Shown here piece after piece: positions 53,948 to 63,817 of a DNA stretch of 64,000 nucleotides. The stretch's first letter is position 1, and each line of letters opens with the position of its first letter. This DNA comes from Acidaminococcales bacterium (GTDB lineage Bacteria > Bacillota > Negativicutes > Acidaminococcales > JAISLQ01), in NCBI GenBank assembly GCA_031552765.1, contig JAVBME010000007.1, positions 143,397 through 207,396 of the forward strand, given 5' to 3'. The notes under the pieces were generated by a model, which was not told the origin of the DNA, did no database searches, and saw nothing but the letters and a program-made list of their open reading frames with translations. Both the position numbers and the translations under genes were made by a program.

Positions 53948-55150
53948 ATGGCAAACAATCATTACAAAGAGGGCTGTTGGTGGGCCAGCCCTTACAACGA
54001 CTATGACGAGGTAGTCAAAGAGTTCAAACTGCCGCCCAAAGTAGAGATACACGACGCTACTTTGCGCGACGGCGAACAAACGCCGGGCGTGGTTTTCTCC
54101 GTAGACGACAAGGTCCGTATAGCGGAAAAACTAGACGAAATAGGCGTCGAGCGTATCGAAGCCGGCATGCCGGCGGTCTCCAACGATGATTTTCTTGCTA
54201 TAAAAGCAATTTCCAAGCGCAATTTGAAGGCCAAGATATTCACCTTTGCGCGGGCGATGCGCGAAGATATCGACAAGGCGGCCGACTGCGGCGCCCACGG
54301 CGTGGTCATAGAAGTGCCTATCGGTTATCCGAAACTGAAGTACCAATTCAAATGGACATGGGAAAATGTACTGGAAAAGAGCATGGACTGCATCAACTAC
54401 GCCAGAAGTCAGGGGCTTTCCACCCTCTACTTCCCTTACGACACGACGCGCGCCCGAGAAGAAGACCTCGAACAGCTTATGGCCGGCATCATGAAAAACT
54501 CCCCGCCTGATTCGGTCGGCGTGGTAGATACTATGGGCTGTGCACTGCCAGAGAGCATCCAGTACCTAGTACGCAAAATGAAAGCCCTGACCGGCGGCCT
54601 GCCGGTAGAAGTACACACCCACAACGACTTTGGCATGGGCGTGGCGACCGAGCTGGCAGGAGTGGCTGCCGGCGCCGATGTTATCCATTCTTGCATGAAC
54701 GGTTTGGGTGAGCGTACAGGTAATGCCGCCACCGAAGAGCTGATGGTAGCTTTGAAAGTGCTTTACGGCACAGCCAACGATTACAAGCTCGATAAATTGC
54801 TGGAAACCTGCCAGATGATAGAAAAAATCTCCGGCGTAAAACTTGCGGAAAACAAACCGATCGCCGGCAGCCGCAACTATACCCGTGAATCCGGCATCGG
54901 CGTCGACCTGGTACTCAAAGAGCCTTTGGCCATGTTTGCTACCGACCCGCGTTATTTTGGCCGTACCGGCGATATTGTACTGGGCAAAAAAAGCGGCAAG
55001 GCTTCAGTCGAATACTTTTTAGCAAAGAATAATATAGAAATTCCGGACGCAAAAATAAATAACGTACTGGAAAAAGTGAAGGAAACTGGGGCAAAAAAGA
55101 AGGGGTTGTTGACGGACGCTGAGTTCGTGGAGATCGTTAAGAGCATTTGA
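53948..55150 (+). CDS. HMGL-like (pyruvate carboxyltransferase) family protein, isopropylmalate/homocitrate/citramalate synthase-like
   Basis: VEIHDATLRDGEQTPGVVFS, IEAGMPA, VHTHNDFGMGVA. About 400 aa with no LeuA-type regulatory domain. Confidence 0.8.
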   Translation: MANNHYKEGCWWASPYNDYDEVVKEFKLPPKVEIHDATLRDGEQTPGVVFSVDDKVRIAEKLDEIGVERIEAGMPAVSNDDFLAIKAISKRNLKAKIFTFARAMREDIDKAADCGAHGVVIEVPIGYPKLKYQFKWTWENVLEKSMDCINYARSQGLSTLYFPYDTTRAREEDLEQLMAGIMKNSPPDSVGVVDTMGCALPESIQYLVRKMKALTGGLPVEVHTHNDFGMGVATELAGVAAGADVIHSCMNGLGERTGNAATEELMVALKVLYGTANDYKLDKLLETCQMIEKISGVKLAENKPIAGSRNYTRESGIGVDLVLKEPLAMFATDPRYFGRTGDIVLGKKSGKASVEYFLAKNNIEIPDAKINNVLEKVKETGAKKKGLLTDAEFVEIVKSI

Positions 55151-55177
55151 TAACGAGAAGTAAAAGGAGAGATGATT

Positions 55178-55945
55178 ATGGCAAAGTTGATCGATTTGAG
55201 TGTTTCTCATTACACGGGGGCGACCGAACCGTTCGGCCCCACTATTGAGCATTCCGGCCACGCGGCCGGCGCTTCCCGCCTGGCCAAGATGGCGGGGATA
55301 GAGCCGACTGATTTCCCCGATACCATGGCTTTAGCTACGGATTTTATCTCCGGCTCCACGCACGCCGGCACGCATATCGACGCGCCTTTTCATTACGGGC
55401 CTAACAGTGAAGGCAAACCGGCTAAGACTATAGACCAAATACCGCTCGAGTGGTGTTACGGCCCCGGTGTTGTACTGGATATGCGCCATAAAGAAGCCGG
55501 TTCGGAAATTACCGCGGCGGACATGCAAGAAGCGTTCGACAAGATGGGTTATGATCTAAAACCCGGCGACATCGTTATGCTGCATACCGGCTGCGACAAA
55601 TACTGGGGCACAGATACAAAAACTTATCTTGCCATGCAATCTGGCCTTGGCATAGAAGGCTTAGACTGGCTGCTCGACCAGGGCATCCGCTGCATCGGCA
55701 TCGATGCCTGGACACTTGACCGCCCTGTCCCGGCCATGGTGGAATCTTACAAAAAGACAGGTGATAAAGGCCAACTTTGGCCTACCCATATGCATGGCAG
55801 AAAACGCGAATACATACAAATAGAAAAATTGGCCCACCTCGAGACGCTTCCCCGTCCTTACGGTTTTACTTTAAGCGTGTTCCCGGTCAAGTTTGAAGGC
55901 TGTACCGCCGGCTGGTGTAGGGCCGTAGCTATTTTTGATCGATAA
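55178..55945 (+). CDS. Cyclase-family protein (kynurenine formamidase-like metal hydrolase)
   Basis: GSTHAGTHIDAPFHY motif and the DxW..D region. Confidence 0.8.
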   Translation: MAKLIDLSVSHYTGATEPFGPTIEHSGHAAGASRLAKMAGIEPTDFPDTMALATDFISGSTHAGTHIDAPFHYGPNSEGKPAKTIDQIPLEWCYGPGVVLDMRHKEAGSEITAADMQEAFDKMGYDLKPGDIVMLHTGCDKYWGTDTKTYLAMQSGLGIEGLDWLLDQGIRCIGIDAWTLDRPVPAMVESYKKTGDKGQLWPTHMHGRKREYIQIEKLAHLETLPRPYGFTLSVFPVKFEGCTAGWCRAVAIFDR

Positions 55946-55971
55946 TTTGCTAATGTTTGGAGGGTTTGACC

Positions 55972-57420
55972 ATGTCTGAAGTTACTATCAGCAAAAACAA
56001 CTCCCTGCCGCCGCAAACCATAAAAAAACTCCTATGGCTGGCCGTCGGCGTAGCAGTACTGGCCGCGTCCTTTTTTGCACCGGCCTTCGCCGGGCTTACC
56101 AAGGCGAGCGTCCGATCGCTGGGCGTTACTTTTGTAACGGTGTTCTGGTGGATAACCGAAGCGCTGCCTATACCGGTCACCGGCCTTTTTGTCTTTCCTT
56201 TGATGAGCATCATGGGCGTCGTCCCTTTTAAAAAACTATTTGCGCAAACCTTTGGCGATCCTTTCGTTCCTTTTATGATCGGCTGTCTGGCGCTGTCTGT
56301 CGCTTTTACCAAATCCGGCCTCGGCAGGCGCATCACCTATATCATGCTCAGCATGTCCGGCACGAAAGTAAGCCGCATACTTGACGCTTTTTTCTGGATA
56401 CCTTTCGTTATATCGGCTTTTATCACAGATCTGGCTGTAGTCGCCCTGATGTATCCGATTGCTCTTAGTTTGGCGAGAGCCGCCAAAGCCGAACCGGGCA
56501 AAAGCAATTTTGGCCTGTGCCTGATGTTCGCCATCACTTTCGGCGGCGTTATCGGCGGACTGTGCACCCCATCCGGCGTCCCATCCAACATCATCACGAT
56601 AAGCTTCCTGGAAAAAAACGCCCGCCTCACTGTCGGCTTTCTGGAATGGACAATGATCGCCACCCCTATTGCGATGCTGCTTGGCATAAGTTCGCAATGG
56701 CTGACGAAAAAAATGTACAAACCGGAAATGGACTACCTGCCCTTTGGCCCGGAAGTCATAACCCAAGAATTAAAGAATATGGGACCATGGACACAGCAGG
56801 AAAAAACTACGCTGCTCGTTTTTCTAGCAGCTGTATCGCTTTGGCTGACCGGTGATTTTACCAAACTTCCTATCTCTATCGTATCGCTCACCATCATCGC
56901 CCTTATGTGCATACCCGGTTTTAGCGCGGTAAAAGGCTGGCGCGATATCGAAACAGAGCTGGAGTGGGGCTCGCTGATGCTTATGGCCGGCGGCTTTGCG
57001 CTGGGAGTAGCTACTTTCGAAAGCGGGCTCGCCAAATGGCTGGCGCAGCACGCTATACAGCCCCTGGCCGCTCTGCCATTTTATATGCAACCGTTTGCCG
57101 TAACCATCATGGTCGCCATTGACTCTTTAGGTTTTTCTTCCTTTACCGCGGCGGCGGCCGTCAATGTCCCTTTGATCATAGCTTATGCGCAACAAAACGG
57201 CTTCCCTGTAGCCTCTTTGGCTATGAGCGCCGGTCTGGCCAGCTCTACCCACTTCATCCTGGTAACGGAAAGCCTGTGTTTTGTTTTGACCTATGCCGCC
57301 GGCTACTATACCTTTAAAGACCTGTTTAAAGTCGGCTCCATCCTTACTGTGATAAGCGCGATTGTCATTGCTCTTGGCATGATTGTTGCCGGCATGCCGG
57401 CAGGCACGCCGCTGCACTGA
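55972..57420 (+). CDS. DASS/SLC13-family anion:sodium symporter
   Basis: About 480-aa polytopic protein with FWWITEALPIPVTGL and TPSGVPSNII hairpin-like motifs. GGAGGG SD. Confidence 0.8.
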   Translation: MSEVTISKNNSLPPQTIKKLLWLAVGVAVLAASFFAPAFAGLTKASVRSLGVTFVTVFWWITEALPIPVTGLFVFPLMSIMGVVPFKKLFAQTFGDPFVPFMIGCLALSVAFTKSGLGRRITYIMLSMSGTKVSRILDAFFWIPFVISAFITDLAVVALMYPIALSLARAAKAEPGKSNFGLCLMFAITFGGVIGGLCTPSGVPSNIITISFLEKNARLTVGFLEWTMIATPIAMLLGISSQWLTKKMYKPEMDYLPFGPEVITQELKNMGPWTQQEKTTLLVFLAAVSLWLTGDFTKLPISIVSLTIIALMCIPGFSAVKGWRDIETELEWGSLMLMAGGFALGVATFESGLAKWLAQHAIQPLAALPFYMQPFAVTIMVAIDSLGFSSFTAAAAVNVPLIIAYAQQNGFPVASLAMSAGLASSTHFILVTESLCFVLTYAAGYYTFKDLFKVGSILTVISAIVIALGMIVAGMPAGTPLH

Positions 57421-57443
57421 TCGACTAAAATGTTTGGTATACG

Positions 57444-57472
57444 AAACAGCCCGGTAGCCCGGGCTGTTTTTA
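57444..57472 (+). terminator. Rho-independent terminator
   Basis: CAGCCCGG-TAGC-CCGGGCTG followed by TTTTT. Confidence 0.85.
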
Positions 57473-57617
57473 TCTTAAAAAGTATTGACTAACGATTTTT
57501 ATTGTTATAGGATAAATTATATATGGTATATCTGTGTATAATGTATTGTGTATCCATTAATTTTGATTGGGGTTGTTTAAAATTTCCGGCTTGATCAAAG
57601 GCTACGGTTTGGAGCAT

Positions 57618-58289
57618 ATGGTAACAACCAAACTTGAGGCCGTCTACAACATACTTAAAGAAAATATCGTTAACGGCAATTTAAAACCCGGCGACCGCCT
57701 GATCATCAGGAAGATCGCGCAAGAACTGGGCGTATCTGAGATACCTGTGCGCGAGGCTATCCGTTCTCTCGAGGCGCAGGGGCTGGTGACCATGATACCG
57801 CACGCCGGCGCGCATGTATCCATGCTGGACAAAAACAATATAAAGGAAATAATAGAAACGAGAAGCATCCTCGAGGGCTATGCCGCCAGCTCCGCCATCC
57901 CGCTCAGCAAAACTACAGCGGCTGAATTTAGAGCATGTATCGAAGAAATGCGCGAATGCGTGCAAAGCGACGACTTTGTTCGTTTTGGCGCGCTCAACGC
58001 CCGCTTTCACCGCATGCTCTGTGAGCAGACCGACAATACGCGCATACAAAAGATAATCAGCTCCCTGATCGGCGAGTACGAAAGGACAAGAGCGGTATTT
58101 GCCTTGTCAAAAGAGCGTCTGAAAAAATCTTTTAAGGAGCACGAAGCCATATTGGCCGCTATGCTGGCTGAAGACAGGGAAAAAACCGAGCGTTTGGTGC
58201 GGGAACACCGGATGAACGCCGGCGCCGCCCTCTTGGCAACGCTGGAAAATAACGGCCGGCAGAAACGCTCTGCCAGCGGCAAATACTAA
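57618..58289 (+). CDS. GntR-family transcriptional regulator (FadR/FCD subfamily)
   Basis: KPGDRLIIRKIAQELGVSEIPVREAIRSLEAQGLV winged HTH and a helical FCD-like C-terminus. The ATG 57618 start is tentative. Confidence 0.8.
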   Translation: MVTTKLEAVYNILKENIVNGNLKPGDRLIIRKIAQELGVSEIPVREAIRSLEAQGLVTMIPHAGAHVSMLDKNNIKEIIETRSILEGYAASSAIPLSKTTAAEFRACIEEMRECVQSDDFVRFGALNARFHRMLCEQTDNTRIQKIISSLIGEYERTRAVFALSKERLKKSFKEHEAILAAMLAEDREKTERLVREHRMNAGAALLATLENNGRQKRSASGKY

Positions 58290-58301
58290 ATAGAACACGC
58301 G

Positions 58302-58346
58302 CAAAAAACCCGGCGCCACTGTTTGAAAGTGGCGCCGGGTTTTGTA
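58302..58346. terminator. Bidirectional terminator
   Basis: AACCCGGCGCCACT-GTTTGAA-AGTGGCGCCGGGTT between convergent genes. Confidence 0.8.
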
Positions 58347-58363
58347 TTGTATGTTTTTATTCA

Positions 58364-61123
58364 TTACATACTAAATAAGTGCTGCTTGCTTTTCAGTTCA
58401 TCAAGCGGTATGGGTTTGCTAAAGAGATAGCCCTGCACGAGGTCGACGCCTTCGGTGGCAACGATCTGGTACTGTTCCCTGGTCTCCACCCCTTCGGCGA
58501 CAAAAGATATGCCGGCGGCGTGCGACAGGCTGACCATGGTAGTAAAAAACTTCCGAAGATAGCTGTTGCTTTCTATGCCCCAGACGAAAGACCGGTCGGT
58601 TTTTATTATATTTACCGGCAGTTTATAAAGATTGTAGAGCGAAGAGTAACCTGTGCCGAAATCATCAAGGGCTATCTTGACACCGATTTTTTTCAGTTCG
58701 GCCAACCGTTCTATGATGATATCAGTTATAAATAGTTCGATGCTTTCGGTGATCTCAAGCGTCAGCATTTGCGGGGGAAAACCATGACGTGAGAGTATGC
58801 CCATAGTCTTGGCGACGAAGTTTTCATCGTAAAGAAGTGAAGCCGGTATGTTTACGGCGGCCCGGAAATTTGGATAGAGCGTAAAGCCGTTGACTGTCAT
58901 TTCTTTAGCCACATTTTCTAGTATCCAATAAGTGATATCGTCGATAAGACTGGTCTGTTCAGCCATCGGAATGAATACGGCGGGAGAGACACTGCCCAGT
59001 TCCTTGCTGTTCCAGCGGCATAGAGCTTCGACTGTCCGCCAGGCGCCGTTTTGCGCGAACACCAAAGGTTGGTAGTGTATGGAAAAACCGTTGAATTCCT
59101 CATGCACCGCACTGCGCAGAAGGTTTTCCATATATTGCCGTTTACTGATGTTCTCTTCCAGGGCATGGGAAAAATGCAATTGGCGCATGTTTTCATGCTT
59201 CTGGACCGAAGCGAGCGTTATTTCCGCTTTGCGCAAAAGCTCAGACACATATGTGCCGTTCTCCGGGAAAGACACTATGCCAAGGCAGGCCTGCGCGTAT
59301 ATATTGCGGCCATCCACCGTCCAGGCTTTATTAAAACGTAAAGTGACCTGCCGGCAGATGTCGTCTAGTACGGACAGGCTGTCATTTTTCAACAGCAGTA
59401 AAAACTCATCGCCGGCAAACCTGTATACACAGTCTACCAAAGCCGGCATGCCGCATAAAAAATCGCGCATATGCCATAGTACGGCATCGCCGACCGCATA
59501 ACCGTAGGCTTCATTTATTTTCCTCAAGTCGTCCACGCCCAATAATACGATGGCGCCTTTATGGCCGGCGGCGATAATTTTGTGCAGGTCTTCTTCCAGC
59601 TTGTAGCGGTTGGGTATATCCAGCAAGCGATCGTAGTAGGCTATATGTTCGGCTTTTATTTTAGATATTTTCTGTTCGGTAATGTCGGAAAAAGTGTACA
59701 GTTCCACCGGCCGGCCGTCGAGCCATTTAACCTTAGAGCAGTTGCCCTGGTACCAGCGGTTTTCCCCGGCGTTGTACTTTTCCCAGTATGTTGTTTTCTC
59801 CAGCAGGGAAAAAACCGGATGCTGCAATCTTTCTTCCGCCTGGCCGATAAGCGCGTTGCCGTTTTTGCCGTCCGGCTGGCAGTTGTCATTGGCAAAAAGA
59901 ACCGTCCTGGTATCCGGGTCGAGCACGAGTATGCCAAACTTCATGGTGTTGAGCACCCGCATGGCATGGTCACTGCTTGATTGCAGCTGCATTTGGGCGT
60001 TTTTTTGCAGCAGCACATTGCCGATTATTTGGCAAAAGTATTTAAGTGTATTGTGTTCGCTGGGGTTGTTTTCAAACCTGTCCAGTTGGGCGTTTTCCAG
60101 TGTAAGAACCCCGTACAGCTCTTGGCCGCGTTTTATCGCCCCCTGCACGATCGTGCGCGTGCCTTTGCTGGCATTTTGAACCATTATCTTGTCCACGTTT
60201 TGATATACCGGATGTGAGCTCGTTCTAATGTTTTTGATGTATATCGTATGTACTTGGTAATAATCCCGGATAATGTTCCACTCTTCCGGCCGCATATTAT
60301 AAAATATGCAAAAAGGCCTTTGTGTATCGCCAGTCTCCTGGTACCAGCAATGTACAGGATAATCCATATGGCTTTCGCCGATATAGGCGCGGTCTGCGCC
60401 GTAATATTGCGCCAGTACAATAAGCATCTTGTTTATGCCTGTGTGAAGGTCGGTGGAGTTTGCGGCATCCAGCATGGAAACCAGGACCTCGCGCCGGCCT
60501 GTGATAATAGACAATGCCCCTTCGCTGATAGTGAGTTGACGCGTTTTATCGGACAATTCCGCTTCCAGGTTCCCCAACCGCATGATGCAGGCAGCCATGT
60601 TTTCCAAAAAATAGCTGAGAAAACGAAGCCTATGCGCCGGTATGGCCGGCAGTTCTTCTATGATGGCGCGAGCCGCCGTATAGGGCAAGCGCGCTTGCAT
60701 GGCCTTTTTTTCTATCAGAGAAAAGTCCATGTCATCAAGCCTTATCTGATCAAGCACCAGGCTGGCAAGGTAACGTCCGTTCAAAAAAAGAGGCGCAACG
60801 CAAATTTTCAGGCCGGTATGTGGGCATGTGTATATGCCGCTCTTTTTTTCCCCTTCCCGTCCGCCAAGTATCGCATTGTAATAATCTTTTTCCGTATCGC
60901 CGACGCCTGCCAGGCGTTTGGTCAAATAGGAACAGCCGTTATGCCGGTTGCTGGGGCGGGTGACAGCATAACCGGTCGTATTTACTGTGACTGCGGCGCA
61001 GCCGAGGGCTTTTGCGAAAGAATCCTGCAAATGCTGGATATAATCGATGTCCAGTTTGATTTTTTGCAGAGTTGATAAGGGAGTCTTTTGCTGGTATGTA
61101 GAAACATCAAACAATTGTAGCAC
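58364..61123 (-). CDS. PocR-GAF-PAS-GGDEF-EAL c-di-GMP turnover protein
   Basis: N-terminal PocR-like sensory domain. GGDEF domain carries RFAGDEF. EAL domain carries VEALCRW, DDFGTGYSS and EGVETREQ. Confidence 0.9.
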   Translation of the reverse strand: MLQLFDVSTYQQKTPLSTLQKIKLDIDYIQHLQDSFAKALGCAAVTVNTTGYAVTRPSNRHNGCSYLTKRLAGVGDTEKDYYNAILGGREGEKKSGIYTCPHTGLKICVAPLFLNGRYLASLVLDQIRLDDMDFSLIEKKAMQARLPYTAARAIIEELPAIPAHRLRFLSYFLENMAACIMRLGNLEAELSDKTRQLTISEGALSIITGRREVLVSMLDAANSTDLHTGINKMLIVLAQYYGADRAYIGESHMDYPVHCWYQETGDTQRPFCIFYNMRPEEWNIIRDYYQVHTIYIKNIRTSSHPVYQNVDKIMVQNASKGTRTIVQGAIKRGQELYGVLTLENAQLDRFENNPSEHNTLKYFCQIIGNVLLQKNAQMQLQSSSDHAMRVLNTMKFGILVLDPDTRTVLFANDNCQPDGKNGNALIGQAEERLQHPVFSLLEKTTYWEKYNAGENRWYQGNCSKVKWLDGRPVELYTFSDITEQKISKIKAEHIAYYDRLLDIPNRYKLEEDLHKIIAAGHKGAIVLLGVDDLRKINEAYGYAVGDAVLWHMRDFLCGMPALVDCVYRFAGDEFLLLLKNDSLSVLDDICRQVTLRFNKAWTVDGRNIYAQACLGIVSFPENGTYVSELLRKAEITLASVQKHENMRQLHFSHALEENISKRQYMENLLRSAVHEEFNGFSIHYQPLVFAQNGAWRTVEALCRWNSKELGSVSPAVFIPMAEQTSLIDDITYWILENVAKEMTVNGFTLYPNFRAAVNIPASLLYDENFVAKTMGILSRHGFPPQMLTLEITESIELFITDIIIERLAELKKIGVKIALDDFGTGYSSLYNLYKLPVNIIKTDRSFVWGIESNSYLRKFFTTMVSLSHAAGISFVAEGVETREQYQIVATEGVDLVQGYLFSKPIPLDELKSKQHLFSM

Positions 61124-61452
61124 TTCCTTTTGTTTTTAGTATCGCCAGGTATTATTCCGTCCCGGAAACGTTGTCTAAAAACTCGAAGCCCCTCAAACAA
61201 AAAATTAGCATTATCTTTGATAAGGAAGTAATATACTATCCTTTATTTTTTGTATAAAAATCTCATTATCGCATTATAAAACAAAACAAACAATAATTAG
61301 AATATTTTACTTTTTTTACACATATCATATTGTATTCTATATATTACTAACAAGATTATCGGAAAGCAATAGCTTTTTTCCAGGAAGAACCACTCTTTTA
61401 GTACAAAAAAAGACAAAAGACGACAGAAATAAAGCTGTCATCTCTTCATATA

Positions 61453-62772
61453 TTATTTCGTGCATGTCATTTTAAAAATACACAAAAACAAATGACATGC
61501 GGGTATAAGCCACAGATAGAGGGCATACGGTATAAAACCGCTGTCTGCCGCCATAGCCGCGGCCAGGGCCGCGCCGGCTATGTTCCACGGCACGAGCGGC
61601 GAAATGACGATGACGCTGTTTTCTATATCGAGCGCCAGTTTATAGCTATCGAGACGCTCTTTGCGATATATCTTATAAAAAAGCTGGTAAGTGAGCATGG
61701 CCGCCAGCGTCTGGTTACAGGAGAAAGCGGCCGTGACAAAACTGCCGGCCACAATAGCAGGGTAATTGCCTATCTTTTTTGCCAAGGCGGCGAACATGCG
61801 CTCTATATCACGGAGCAGGCCCGTACCTTCAAATATGCCGGCATAGGTGGATGATATAAGAACAATAAGCGCCACATTGAGCATGGACAGAAGCCCGCCG
61901 CCTTTGATTATGCCGGCCAGAAAACCGCCTTCTTGCATCTTGAAACCGTAAACTATGAATTCCAACATGCGCCCTACCGGCACATGCTGCACAAAAATGG
62001 CAATGAAGAAGCCCGCCGCCAGGCTGAGCAACATAGCCAGCTTGACGTCAACGCGCAAAGTTACCAGCAAAAGGATGATGACAGCCGGGACTGCGGCTAC
62101 CGGGCTGATGTCGAAATAACGCGCTAGCTCTTGGCCCATGGCGCTACCCTGAAAACTCAGGCGGTGCGCCCCGGCCAGATAGGCAAACCCGGCCACAGAC
62201 AAAATAAACGGCACAAGGCCCGACAGGAACATGTTTTTTATGTTTGTATAAAGGTTTGTCCCGGTCAGCGCCGCTACCAGGTTGGCGCTCGAGGACATGG
62301 GCGAGCCCCGGTCGCCGAAATACGCCCCTGCGATGACCGCGCCCGCGGTAACCGCTACGTCTACCCCGCCGCTCTTGGCTAAAACAATGAGCACTACACC
62401 GATGGTACTGGCCGTACCAAGAGAAGTGCCCAACAGGAAAGATACGCCGCACGAGAGCAAAAAGGCGGTGGGGATAAAATATTTGGCGTTCAGAAGGTCT
62501 ATCGCATGGTATACGATGAAGGGTATGGTGCCCGAGGCGCGCCACACGGCTGTTATCGCGCCGATAAGGAGGAATATCTCCAATACCAGCAGGGATTTTT
62601 TCGCGCCTTTGACCGACATGCCAAAGAGAGAAGCCCAGGAATGTCCGCGGCGATGCGCGGCCAGAAGGAAAGCGGCCAGGCCGGCTAAAAGCGCATAAAC
62701 GATCGATATTTTGCTGTATAAACAGAAAACCAGCGACAGGAAAAACGCCGCCAGCGCGATTATAGTGTCCAT
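61453..62772 (-). CDS. NhaC-family Na+/H+ antiporter
   Basis: Polytopic protein with NhaC-like N-terminus (LEIFLLIGAITAVWRASGTIPFIVYH). Start moved to ATG 62772 (AAGGGGA SD). Confidence 0.8.
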   Translation of the reverse strand: MDTIIALAAFFLSLVFCLYSKISIVYALLAGLAAFLLAAHRRGHSWASLFGMSVKGAKKSLLVLEIFLLIGAITAVWRASGTIPFIVYHAIDLLNAKYFIPTAFLLSCGVSFLLGTSLGTASTIGVVLIVLAKSGGVDVAVTAGAVIAGAYFGDRGSPMSSSANLVAALTGTNLYTNIKNMFLSGLVPFILSVAGFAYLAGAHRLSFQGSAMGQELARYFDISPVAAVPAVIILLLVTLRVDVKLAMLLSLAAGFFIAIFVQHVPVGRMLEFIVYGFKMQEGGFLAGIIKGGGLLSMLNVALIVLISSTYAGIFEGTGLLRDIERMFAALAKKIGNYPAIVAGSFVTAAFSCNQTLAAMLTYQLFYKIYRKERLDSYKLALDIENSVIVISPLVPWNIAGAALAAAMAADSGFIPYALYLWLIPACHLFLCIFKMTCTK

Positions 62773-62989
62773 GACTATTCCCCTTGCGCCATGTAGATAT
62801 GGGACCGGTGAAAAATTCACTGGCCGCACTAGAACAAATGGATAAAAATATGGTACTATTCAGTTATAAGTGAGTTAAGGCAGCTCGTGCGTAGCTGGCA
62901 ACCATACTAATAGTATAGGAGTTTTTTGCTTTTTTGGCAAAGATACTTGGCTACAGGCGTAACTTTAAGTACAAGGAGGAAAAAAGACA

Positions 62990-63757
62990 GTGCAAAATAA
63001 AATAAACTCTTTACTGGAAAAGCTGGAAGGCAAGGCCGGTATCATTATAAAAGAGGCCGGCGGCGGTGTGCTTTTTTCTCACAATGCCTCCATGGTCTTT
63101 CCTTCAGCCAGCATCATCAAACAATATATATTGTGGGAGCTATACAGCAAAGCCGCCCGGGGCGAGCTAAGCCTCGACAGCGCGGCCGCCATCGCCCCCG
63201 GGAACCGTGTCGGCGGTTATGGCGTGCTCAAGGACATGGCCGCAGACAGCCTTACCGTAAAGGACTTGTCCCTATTGATGATAGCCTTGAGCGACAATAT
63301 AGCCACAAACACGCTCATCGACTTGGCAGGCATGGACGATGTGAACCGTGCGGCTAAAGCACTGGGCTGTACCAATACGGTATTGCAACGAAAAATGATG
63401 GACCTTGACGCCAAGGCGCGGGGGCTTGATAACTTTACCAGCCCGGAAGACGTTGCGCTCTTGCTTGGCAATTATTTGGAGTCGCCGCTGCTGCCCGCGC
63501 CGCTACGCCAGGAAATGGCCGCTACGCTGAAAAAGCAGATATACCAAAATTTCCTCGCTCATTATATGCCGGAGAGTTTTTCCTTTGCCCACAAAACAGG
63601 CGACCTGCCCGGCGTCCTGCATGACACAGGCATACTCTACACGCCTGGCGGCAAAACTTTGATAGTCGCGGTAATGACCAAAGAACTCAAGAGCAACATT
63701 TCCGGCCTGAAATTCCTCAACGCATTGGGTGAAGTTATATTTGACAGTTACGCGTAA
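62990..63757 (+). CDS. Class-A beta-lactamase-like serine hydrolase
   Basis: SIIK (SxxK), SDN, HKTGD (KTG). GTG start with an AAGGAGG SD. Confidence 0.75.
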   Translation: MQNKINSLLEKLEGKAGIIIKEAGGGVLFSHNASMVFPSASIIKQYILWELYSKAARGELSLDSAAAIAPGNRVGGYGVLKDMAADSLTVKDLSLLMIALSDNIATNTLIDLAGMDDVNRAAKALGCTNTVLQRKMMDLDAKARGLDNFTSPEDVALLLGNYLESPLLPAPLRQEMAATLKKQIYQNFLAHYMPESFSFAHKTGDLPGVLHDTGILYTPGGKTLIVAVMTKELKSNISGLKFLNALGEVIFDSYA

Positions 63758-63785
63758 GTTTCAGAAGGTAAATCTGACCTGCCGA

Positions 63786-63817
63786 CCGGCGCTTGAATAT
63801 AAAGGCGCCGGTTTTTT
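63786..63817 (+). terminator. Rho-independent terminator
   Basis: CCGGCGC-N12-GCGCCGG followed by TTTTTT. Confidence 0.75.

Noticed and set aside
61415-61446. Terminator after the nhaC gene
   Set aside because: Only a 5-bp stem (GACAG/CTGTC) precedes the T-rich run. This is too weak to call confidently.
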